A DNA stretch of 20,000 nucleotides from Negaprion brevirostris (taxonomy: Eukaryota). The notes beneath the pieces are model-generated. The model searched no databases. It saw nothing but the letters and a program-made list of their open reading frames with translations, and was not told the origin of the DNA. Of the stretch, positions 9,900 through 19,625 are shown in pieces. The position numbers and the translations under genes are program-made. Location of the stretch: contig JARDVH010000137.1 in assembly GCA_030324005.1 (NCBI GenBank), positions 35,369,024 to 35,389,023 on the forward strand, read 5' to 3'. Within the stretch, counting starts at the first letter, position 1. Each line of letters opens with the position of its first letter.

Positions 9900-10500
9900 T
9901 TTGTCACTTGCTACCAGAGATTCACCATCACCAACAGCACCCTGGCAATCTCTATGGCCTTGTGCTCCATGGAACAAGTGGGTTCCAGTTGGCTCTTCCC
10001 CTCCAGCTGGGGCAATCTCTTTGAAGTTCTTCACCCATTTGTTCTGCAACCACAACATAAATTTAAGTTGCCCTCATATATAGCGGATGCAGTGATATTG
10101 TTCTTCAGTGCATCTGTGCATCATACAGCTTATTCATATCAGTTTTGCATGCAGCTAAATGATCTGCTTACACATTCCACAACTTTATTGCTGAGGCTCC
10201 TATGTGCCAGATCTCAGCTTATCTGCAGCATACTGATGTGATCCTTCCCTTAGACCTTTGTCTCAGAACCAAGCTACTTGCCTTGCCAGAATGCAACAGG
10301 TCACTCAATATTTTGCAAAAGTGGATCCACAATCCTCAACATTTCCGATGGTGCTCACTGCTGTCATAATCTGATCCCATGTCTTCTTGGTTGTAACAAG
10401 TGGTTCTCAACAGGCCAGCTAGGTAGATAACGTTTCTTTTCTTCTGCACCCACCTTGGCCAGGACCTACAGGTCAGCAAAGTGTGGGGCAGCTGGTCCCA
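9900..10500 (-). pseudogene. Harbinger Myb/SANT-like DNA-binding protein remnant (NAIF1/MSANTD-like), with an intron
   Basis: On -: AAPHF...WDQIMTAVSTIGNV...WIHFCKILSDLLHSGK, donor AAG|GCAAGT (10281), acceptor TTGCAG| (10044), then NKWVKNFKEIAPAGGEE...EHKAIEIA (frameshifted). This resembles the W..IA..V...W.QC.K...DL / K...N..E...TGGG pattern of Harbinger Myb proteins. Confidence 0.7.
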
Positions 10501-10759
10501 CCCTTTCAGCTGTGGCTGCTGTTTGCAATGTTCTGTTAATTAATGATAACATAAGTTGAGGAAGGTCATGAATAAATCAGAATATATTGCAATAATTCAC
10601 TTTTGTGTGCTTATGATGTGGTTGAGAGAAAACCTCTCTGAACATTTGCTTGGTGCTGTGTATGTTGTACTGTCATTCCAGAGTGATGTGCTTTGCTCAA
10701 TGGTAACTGACAGCCTACCTTTTTCAGATTTTGTTTGTTTATTTTCCTGAGATGTGTAT

Positions 10760-11012
10760 GTCACTGCCCCTTGAAATTCAGACCATATTGCTATGGCTCT
10801 GGAGTCACATGTGGGCCAGACCAGGTAAGGATGACACATTTCATTCCCCAAAGGACACTCGTGAACCAGATGGGTTTTTACAACAATGGGGTAACATACA
10901 CCATTAGACTTTTAAATCAAGATTAATATTGGATTTGATTCCAGATTTTTATCGAATTCAAATTCCATCTACTGGATTACTAGTCCAGTGATAATACCAT
11001 GATGCCACTGCC
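10760..11012 (-). mobile_element. tRNA-derived SINE of a third family (B-box region deleted)
   Basis: On -: tRNA-like head GGCAGTGGCATCATGGTATTATCACTGGACTAGTAATCCAG; body AAAAACCCATCTGGTTCAC...CCTTACCTGGTCTGGCCCACATGTGACTCCAGA recalled as an abundant shark SINE. Confidence 0.75.
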
Positions 11013-11059
11013 TTTCTGTTATACCACAATGTGAGGGGCTTGGTCAAGGTTCCATGTAG

Positions 11060-12045
11060 GTGTATCCAAAGAGATGGATGGCAATGAAGCAAATGGATGG
11101 CACATTCTATGCCTATTTTGAGAAAGAGGTCAGCGAGAGTACACCTTCATCCTGGAAGCCTTGGATGAATTTATATCCGAGGTCACCATTGGCAATGTCA
11201 GAGCAGCCTTATCAAAAGTCAACCCATGGAAAGCAACTGACCTAGATGGGGTACCTGGAAGAGCACTCAGATCCTGCGTGGACCAGCTGGCAGGGGTATT
11301 CACAGTCCATCGGTAATCGCTCCTTACTCCAATCTGGAGGACCCTATCTGCTTCAAGACAACCATCATCCCTGTACGCAAGAAAAGCCAGGCAATGTACT
11401 TTAATGACTGCCTTCCGGTGACTCTGGCATCTGTCATTAAGGTTAGTCACCGCATGAATCAATTCCAGCCTCCCAGATTACCTAGATATACTACAGTTCA
11501 TCTATNNNNNNNNNNAGATATCATCTCCCTGGCCTTGCACGCAACCCTAGAACACCTAGATAACAAAGACACCTATGTCAGACTCCTATTTATTGAATAT
11601 AGCTCAGCCTCAGCACCATTTTTCCTACAAAACTCGTCTTCAAACTCCATGGCCTAGGTTTGGCTCCTCCTTCAGTGACTGGATTTAGACTTCTGAACCC
11701 ACAAACTGCAGTCAGTAACAACAGGTAACAACATATCCTCCATCATCATCCTTAGCACCAGCGCTAAGCCTCTCACTATACGCCTTATGAGCCTCCAGCT
11801 CAATTTTCAAGTTTGCCGATGACACCACTGCAGTGACTCAGATCTCAAACAATAATGAGACACAGTACAGGAAGAGATAGAGAATCTGGTGAACTGGCGC
11901 TAATGACAATAATCTCTCCTTTAATATTAACAAAACAAAGCAGATAGTCATCGACTTCAGGAAGACTCGTGGAAGGCCAGACCCTAGCTACATGAATTGG
12001 GATGAAGTAGAAAGGGTCGAGAGCTTTAAGTTTTTAGGTATCCAG
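11060..12045 (+). mobile_element. Rex1/Babar-like LINE reverse transcriptase fragment (decayed)
   Basis: KVNPWKATDLDGVPGRALRSCVDQLAGVF; CFK.TIIPV.KK...[43 protein letters not shown] (11805-11825); VERVESFKFLGI. Confidence 0.88.
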
Positions 12046-12177
12046 NNNNNNNNNNNNNNNNNNNNNNNNNNNNNNNNNNNNNNNNNNNNNNNNNNNNNNN
12101 NNNNNNNNNNNNNNNNNNNNNNNNNNNNNNNNNNNNNNNNNNNNNCCCTTTCCACAATATTCTCTCTCTCGGTTGTG

Positions 12178-12300
12178 ATAAGAACATAAGAACTAAGAGC
12201 AGGAGTAGGTCACCTGACCCCTCAAGCCTGTTCTGTCATTCAGTAAGATCATGGCCAATCTTTTCGTTGACTCAACTCCACTTCCCCACCCACTCACCAT
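12178..12300 (-). mobile_element. CR1-type LINE 3' tail fragment
   Basis: ATAAGAACATAAGAACTAAGAGCAGGAGTAGG...AAGATCATGGC: short tandem tail repeat plus the CR1 tail motif. Confidence 0.8.
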
Positions 12301-13054
12301 TTCAGATACTTTCTATTTACACAAAATATATTTTTATATCTTCATAACTGTATTTTTATTGCATATGCAAGATAGTGTATAACAGAATGCATTGCAAAGA
12401 GGTCTTTAAATATTCTGCTGTACTTTCTTTATGTGCGGTGCTGTCTTTTATTGTATTCCACAATCCTGAACATCACTCAATTTTTTTTTAAAACAGCACA
12501 TGATACCCAGATAGCTGTTAAATAAAACATCAAATAAAGTCAAAGCCAAATTGGACCAACTTTGGCTTTGAAGTTAATTATGCATCAACCTTGGAAGCAA
12601 TCATATTTGGTTCTCTTTATTCCAAAATACTTTTGCTGCAGTAGCTATGGTTTAAGCTATGTTTGGTTTTATAAACTGATAGCCAATTTAATATGGCATG
12701 CAGTTCATTATTCAGCCTTGGCAACTTTAATGCCCCCATCATTATTCTCTTATGACTAGTAAGGCAAAAAGATACATCCTGATGATCTGATGAGTTAATT
12801 GATTCATTTCATTGCAAACTGAAGTGAAATGTCATACTATGGATCGGATTCTTACTGACTTGGGAGAATGGAAGTTCTTCATCGACTGAAATTATAAAAA
12901 GTTGTTTAAGTACAAAATACGTTGTGGGAGAAATTCAGCTATCAGTTTTGTGACTGAAGAATGTGTGACCAGTCATTGAAAATAGGTGAAAGGAACAGTT
13001 CGGCCACTCATCTGATACCGAAGGCTGGTCTAGTGAAATGTTCAGGTGAATTTG

Positions 13055-13199
13055 TGTGGTGATTTGATCCTTAAAAAGGGACAATCGGCAGAGTAAGGGT
13101 CACATGACCCAGGGAGCGGGCTGAGGGGGGCTATTCCCCCAGGTAAGCTCAGGTTTTCTGTACTGGGAGTCACCTGGTGAGCTGATTACCGCCATATGT
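13055..13199 (+). repeat. 5' LTR (partial; cut by a CR1 fragment and an N gap)
   Basis: Shares TGTGGTGAT..GATCC, GGACAATC, CAGGGAGC, GGTAAGCT, CTGTACTGG and GAGCTGA in order with 17064-17180. Confidence 0.8.
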
Positions 13200-13272
13200 C
13201 AGAGGTAGGTTCTTTACCCAGAGGGTGGTGAGGGATTGGAATGCCCTGCCTGCTGCAGTTGTAAATGCGCCT
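13200..13272 (+). mobile_element. CR1 3' fragment inserted in the Gypsy 5' LTR
   Basis: AGGTTCTTTACCCAGAGGGTGGTGAGGGATTGGAATGCCCTGCC = RFFTQRVVRDWNALP, the CR1 ORF2 C-terminal motif; runs into N gap 13273-13343. Confidence 0.85.
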
Positions 13273-13343
13273 NNNNNNNNNNNNNNNNNNNNNNNNNNNN
13301 NNNNNNNNNNNNNNNNNNNNNNNNNNNNNNNNNNNNNNNNNNN

Positions 13344-16300
13344 TACCAAGGTGCACCTTTCTAGACAGATGAATCCATTTGACTCTTCCATGGAGGATTG
13401 GACTCAATACCTAGAGCACCTTGGCTCTAACTTCCAAATGAATGAAAAAGGGGAGGAGGTGAAGTGCATGGCAATTCTCCTAGCACGTGGAACCCAAACT
13501 TATAAATCTTAGTCACAGTCTTACTGCCTTAAAGGTACCCAAATCCAAATCACTCTGAGCTCGTGAGGTCACATTTCCAGACTAAACTACCAGTCACACT
13601 CCAGAGATTTGAGTTTAATCGAAGGAGGATTAAATGGTGGTGTCTTATATCATTAACTTGAAGCAGATATTGGAGTAATATGATTTCTGACACACCTTGA
13701 ATGATATGTTATAGGACAGAATAGTCCATGGGTGAGTAATGAGGTGATTCAACAGAGATTACTTGCAGAGTATGATTATAAATTTTAAGTGAGCAATGGG
13801 GATAGGACTGGCAATGGAATGCACTGAAGAAGGTGTAGAAGAGTTACAGGGCAGACAAAATGGCATCATTCAACAGCTAGAGGGGGGTTAGCTGCTGTTA
13901 GCAGTGGTGCCAAAACTGCAGGAGTATACACAAGCTGGGAAATGAGTTCAGCCACAAATAAGATGATAAGATTTAGAAGGGGAAAAGTTGGATACAGAAT
14001 GTTACCAATTTGGAGGTAACCTCTCCTTTGATTGCTGCAGGTAGAAGTAGGCTGAGTGTTTTTTTGTCATAGGATTGGCCACTTAAGGCATAAGGACAGA
14101 AAGTCAAGTCTACTGAGTAGCTGATTAAATAATACAATGCTAGTATAAAATATGGAAGAATCTAGCACATGATTTAAATAGTCACTCTCTGTTTGTTTAA
14201 TATTAAAGTGAGCAAGATAGCCCCTCTTACTGTAATGCTCTGGACAAACGGGCAGCATCTTAAGATGAAAGTGGATACAGGGTACCTGCTGTTGTGATGG
14301 GTAAGCGTACAAATTAGTATTTGAGAAAAGATGTTCAACATTGAATTTGAAGAGTATTGCGGCCAAATCAACAACTTATACTAGAGAAGCAATACAAGTA
14401 GTGGGGATGGTATCTGAATGCTATGGGCAACACTCTGCCCAACCCCCAGTCATCATAGTGACAGAATAAGGACCAAGCCTTCTCAGCCATGATTGACTGA
14501 AGGAAATCAAGTTTAAATTGAACTGAGATTCCCAAAGTGTAGGAAGGAAGATTGCTTGAACTGATGAAAGTGTCCTCAAGGATGAATTAGGCAAAATAAA
14601 GGCCTATAAGCAAAGATCTATGTGGACACAGAGATGTTTCCTTGATTCTTGAGGGCAAGACAGGTGATGGTTGATAATGAGAGCGATTTGAAGAAGTGGG
14701 CATTATCCAGCCAGTTTGGTTCTCGAAATGGACAGTACTTGTATTGAAATCAGACATGATTGTCCATGTTTGTGGTGATTAGAAGTCAATAGTTAATTGG
14801 GTTGCTAAGTTGGATAAATATCTAATCCTGAAGATTGAAGACCTGTGTGCAAAGTTGGTTGGAGGTCAATCTTCTACAAAGCTGGATATGACTCACGCAA
14901 CTATCAAACTTAGAGGAAGGACTGAAGCGATTTCAAGAGGCTGGAGTTTGCCTCAAGAAGGAGAAATGTACTTAGCAAACCACTGAGGTAACCTACCTGG
15001 AGTACCATTGAGATGTGCAAGGATCACAACCCCATGGGAGACAAAGTGAAGACCATAAAGGAGGCATCGGCTCCCAAAAACACATCTGAGCCCAAGTCAT
15101 TTTTGGGAATGGTAAATTACTGTGGGGACTTTTTTTTTAAAACCAAACTTGTTGACATTATTGGTTTTTTGCATACTTTGCTAAAGAAACAGCAGCATTG
15201 CCTTGAAAGGCTCCTCAGATAGAAGCTATCAGCAAAGTAAAACAATTGCTGCATTCTTTGAACTTGTACATTTTGACCCATCTAATGAAATGGCGTTGAC
15301 CTGTGATGCCTCTCCACATGATGTCAGTGTGGTGTCGTCCCATGAGATTGACAACAAATCTAAAAGGCCAATAGATTGTCTCAAGAACCCTCAGGCTGAA
15401 AAAGGCTACTCAAATTGAGAAAAAGGAATTAATAATCGTTTTTGGTGTTAAGAAATTCCGCGAGTACTTACATGACCATTTCTGACCACAAGCTGCTTTT
15501 GGGTCTTTTTAAAGAAGACCAGGCTATTCCACCAATTGCATTGGCAAAAAATTCAACTTTAGGTGTTAATTCTGTTTGCCTATGAATATGCAATCAAACA
15601 CCAACAGGGAACACAGTGACATTGGATGCACTTACATTCTTGTAAACATTGGAGGGCTATTACAGCTGCTCCATGTGACAGGAAATTGTCATGGTATTGA
15701 ATATTTTGGACACGTTGCCATTCTCGGCAAAGCAAATCAGGGATTGGGCCAGCAGGATCCAAAGATGCTTACAGATTGGGAAAATGAGCCAGTTTCTGCA
15801 ACTATATGTTACTGGCAAGGATGAATTAAGTTGCCAGGATGGCTTTGTACTCTGGGGAGCAAGACTAGTTGTCCCTGTACCAGGCAGAGTCACTTCTAAC
15901 GGAATTACACAGTGCTCACCTGGACACCTCAAAGATGAAGATGCTCACCAGAATGTATGTGTGTGTGGCATTGATGGCAACATCAAGAGCCTAACCATGC
16001 ACTGTGAACAGTGACGGTTGGAACAAAGGTTGTCTGCTGCAGCTCCACTGCCCCCTTGGGTATGACCTGGCCAGCCATGGGTAAGAGTTCATATTGATAA
16101 ACCATTTGTGGGCACAATATTTCTGCTCATTTGTTGATGCACAATCTAAGTGGATGGACGTTTGAGGTGAAGTCTACTACATCGTACTTTACCATTGAAA
16201 GATTACGTCAATGTTTTTCCATCCACAGGATACGTGAAGTCATAATGTCTGACAATGGAACAATTTTCACAAATGCAGAGTTTCAAAACTTCACTACAAT

Positions 16301-16810
16301 CAGTGCTATAAAGCAGACCAGAATAGCAGCTTATCACCCAGCACCCAACAGGTTAGCTGAAAGAGCCATCTAAACTATTAAGTCTGGCCTTAAAAAAGAA
16401 GTCATAAGGAACTCTGGAGACCTGAATCTCTCTCTTCCTTCTTGGCTACTGGACCACTCCACATGCAACAATGGGAGTCCTGCTAGCAGAGTTGTTAATG
16501 AACTCTCTCCTCAAAATGAGACTGAGCCTTGTGCTTCCAAATTTGCTGAGGAGGGTAGAGGCCAGGCAAAGCAGTCAGAAAGCAAGTCATGATTCATGTC
16601 AATCAACACAGTTGTTTATGGTGGATAATGTGGTGTATATGAGGGATTTTGGTAGTCGGTTGAGTTGGGTCCCGGGAATTGTTATCTCTGAAAGGGTTCT
16701 CCTGTCTTATCAAGTTGACATAGAGGGAAGGATCATCCAAAAATATGGACCATTGAGGAAAAAGAGAGATGCCCCAGCAGCCAGTGTTGCCATCAGGAAA
16801 TACTGCTGAC
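13344..16810 (+). pseudogene. Gypsy gag-pol remnant (many stops and frameshifts)
   Basis: gag PFDSSMEDWTQYLE; knuckle-like ECFFCHRIGHL (~14054-14086); protease LKMKVDTG (~14259-14282); RT VCGD, DKYLILKIEDL, KLDMTHA; SFLGMVNY; RNase H LTCDASP, VFGVKKF; integrase PWVRVHID, MSDNGTIF, YHPAPNRLAERAI. Confidence 0.93.
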
Positions 16811-17063
16811 TGTTTTAGCACTGATGTACCTGATCACCCTATGGGAAGCAACGTCTCCATGGAAACAAGTTGAACTGAACTGCCTGTGCCTGAATTGTGG
16901 TTTCAGCTGACAGCAATCCCGTGGAAGCATTCCACACAGAGGAGTTAGGTTGCTCCATAAGGATTCCAAAACCTACTAAAATACTAAATTCATGTACTAA
17001 ATGTTTAATTATTTTGGGCTGTGTAAATTGAGTATAAAAAGGATTGGGGGGTGAGGGGGTTGA

Positions 17064-17252
17064 TGTGGTGATTGATCCTCAAACGGACAATCAGGGAGCA
17101 GGGTATTGGGATCATCCTGGTAAGCTTGGGATCCTGTACTGGCAGCTATCTCAGGAGCTGACTGCAGCCGAAGACATGAGCCTCTTTATAGCTTTTACCT
17201 GTCAATAAACTAGTTGTGTTTTCGCTAAACTGGTGAACAAGCATCTTTTACA
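17064..17252 (+). repeat. 3' LTR (~189 bp)
   Basis: TG...CA termini (TGTGG...TTACA); follows the PPT; contains AATAAA at 17204-17209; homologous to 13055-13199. Confidence 0.8.
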
Positions 17253-18651
17253 GCTTGAAAATAGGCAAATTGTCCACCTGTCTGAAAGAGGCTAAATATA
17301 CAAATCTGGGCCCTAAATCAGCACTGTGATCGAAACACACAGGTATTAATGGGTGGAATCCCCATTGCTCAAGCTTTGCCTAGTTGCAGCAGCTATTGAA
17401 CAGCCCCTGGTCTGTATTCGTACTGAAAATCAAGATCAAGCAAACGCATAGCCCATGGAGACTGCTCAAAAATAAACCCCAGAGATTGAATTTTAATTTT
17501 TGAGAGTCCAGGAGAAACCAGACTGTTCCTTGCTCCAACAAATAGAAACTATGGCCTGTTGCCTGCCCATTTGATGCACCCATGAGTACCTGTCTTCCTC
17601 CCTTCTTCAAAACCGTAATGAATGATGCATTTTGTTTTATTTAAATTTTATTTTGTCCCTTAGACTGAACTTGTTCATCCCCATCATGTAATCGTCTAGT
17701 TTCAGCACAACATCCCAATTGCTGCAGAAAATGCTTTCAAATGTGTCACACACTGCGTGCAAGGATGGTGTGACAGTAACCGCATATTTCAACCAACTAA
17801 ATTAAGAGGATTTCTACAAGTGAATGTTGTGATTTTTTTTTCACCATTTCAAAAAGATGCAGATGTAGGAGGTCAAATGAAGGGGCCAACCTGACAGTCG
17901 CATCCCTTAGAATTTTTCCCATCCATTGTTACTGCTTGTTGTAGAAACTTGCCATTAGTGCTTCAGTACACCATGATGTGTGAGGCTGAAACTGTGGTGA
18001 GTGTTGTAGCCATTGCTGGATTTTCTTTTTAAACAACACCTCAGTTCATTTATTTCCACATGAATAAACCAGAAGAGTTTCAGCAAGCATTACTGAGTTT
18101 CTGTTGTTGCTCCCAGACAGCATTGTCACGTGCGGGGCTGGTACGGATGTTCCTTGTCCGTCACTGACAACAACTTAATAACACTATGTGTGAAATGACA
18201 AAAGGCTTTGAGATCCAGCAAGATTCAGTTCCCATTATCACGGCCTCTCACCATTTTAACCTCCGGAGGAAGCCGAATAAGCAAGGATAAAATCTCCATT
18301 TGGACAAAACCTGTGGCATTTATTATCAACTTGGAAGGTAATTAATCTGGAAAACTTAGAATATCCATCTAGCATCATTACTCATACTATACAAGTCTGA
18401 TCACTCATAGATCTTATCAAACTTGAAGCTTATTGTAATACATTAGGAACACTGGGTTACTAAATAAAGGAATGAAAAACTTGCATTTTATGACCATTGG
18501 ATGTCCCAAGGTTCTTTACAATGGTGTACTTCATTGGCTGTAATGTCAGAAACACATCAGCCAATTTATACACAGCAAGCTCTCACAAAACAGCAATGTA
18601 ACCATTATCAGATAATCTGTTATTCGTGATATTAGACAGATCTTTCTGGCT

Positions 18652-18780
18652 AAAAGCAAATTACTCTGAATGCTGGAATCTGAAACCAAAAGTGAAAATG
18701 CTGGAAAATCTCAGCAGGTCTGGCAGCATCTGTAAGGAGGGAAAAGAGCTGACATTTCAAATCCAATGACCTTTTGTCAA
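18652..18780 (-). mobile_element. Penelope-like element terminal-repeat fragment with 14-bp TSD
   Basis: AAAAGCAAATTACT..GATGCTGGAATCTGAAA...AATGCTGGAAAATCTCAGCAGGTCTGGCAGCATCTG recalled as a shark Penelope-like repeat. Flanked by AGATCTTTCTGGCT (18638-18651) and AGATCTTTCCAGCT (18781-18794). Confidence 0.7.
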
Positions 18781-18807
18781 AGATCTTTCCAGCTGTTCAT
18801 ACCTGTG

Positions 18808-19232
18808 GGAAACTATAAAAGGGTCATGAATATAGTCCAGTCCATCAAACAAACCAGCTTCCCATCCATTGACTGTCTACATTTCCCGCTGCCTCAGAAA
18901 AGCCACCAGCATGATTGAGGACCCCACACACCCTGGACATTCTCTCTTACAATTTCTTCCATCAATAAAAAGGTACAAAAGTTTGAGAACACATATCAAC
19001 TGACTCAAGAACAGATTTTCCCCTGCTACAATGAATCTTTTGAATGCGCCTACCTTTACATTAGTTTGATCTTTCTCTACAACCTAGCTATGACTGTAAC
19101 ACTACATTCTGCACCCTCTCCTTTTCATCTCCCCTTTGTGGTCTATGAACATATGCTTTATCTGTATAGTGCACAAAAAACAATACTTTTCACTGTATCC
19201 CAGTACATGTGATGATAATAAATCAAATCAAA
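18808..19232 (+). mobile_element. Rex1/Babar-like LINE 3' end
   Basis: RCLRKATSMIEDPTHPGHSLLQFLPS.KRYKSLRT...LKNRF is typical of the Rex1-type ORF C-terminus; ends in an AATAAATCAAATCAAA short-repeat tail. Confidence 0.85.
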
Positions 19233-19500
19233 AGGCAGAGCTCTGCTGTGGATGTCCCAGCAGTGTGGGGTGGAGTCAAGTGGGAAATCTCTGACAGTGG
19301 TGTGACTAGAAGATCCCACCACTAGCCTGTGGTGGGCTGCCTCTGCAAGATGCGCACTGCAGGGAGGCCAGAGAATCCCGCACATTACTTGAGCAATAAA
19401 AATTATTGGCTACGAGACTTCACTGCTCTTTACTTGGTTGTACCATGGGATCCTTTATGTCCTGAGAGGACATTGGTTTAACATTTGCTCTGAAAGACAG

Positions 19501-19625
19501 ACTCCGGAGTTCTACCGCCCCACCTGCCATGGAATCAGAGGCGGTGAGGGGTTGACAATGGAAATGTCCATTGACCTTGAGCAGGAATTTCCAGTCTTGC
19601 TCAAGCAGGGCCGTAAAATCCCACC
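19501..19625. mobile_element. Diverged MITE related to 6563-6688 and 9424-9549
   Basis: CCGGAGTTCTACCGCCCC...GAATCAG...AATGGAAATGTCCATTGACCTTG...GTAAAATCCCACC aligns by eye with 9424-9549; TSD CAG (19498-19500, 19626-19628). Confidence 0.8.

Larger units (their letters stand above)
7270..10530. mobile_element. Decayed PIF/Harbinger DNA transposon (boundaries approximate; TIRs not identified)
   Basis: Contains a HARBI1-like nuclease remnant (+) and a Myb/SANT-like remnant (-) in convergent orientation, the two-gene architecture known for Harbinger elements. Confidence 0.8.
13055..17252 (+). mobile_element. Decayed Ty3/Gypsy LTR retrotransposon (K02A2.6/Mag-like), near full length
   Basis: Related LTRs starting TGTGGTGAT(T)TGATCC at 13055 and 17064; purine-rich PPT at ~17036-17060; domain order gag-PR-RT-RH-IN. 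Confidence 0.93.
18634..19383. mobile_element. MITE inserted in the DeuSINE, itself split by Penelope-like and LINE insertions
   Basis: TSD ATT (18631-18633, 19384-19386); degenerate ends AGACAGATCTTTC... / ...AGAGAATCCCGCAC; 5' part resembles 3285-3312. Confidence 0.6.

Noticed and set aside
7730..10500. Domesticated HARBI1/NAIF1 host genes
   Set aside because: Multiple stops, frameshifts, mutated catalytic residues and a SINE insertion indicate a dead transposon rather than conserved genes.
18135..18150. GGCTGGTACGGATG resembling a Y RNA/vault RNA 5' end
   Set aside because: No complementary 3' stem or oligo-T terminator at the expected distance.
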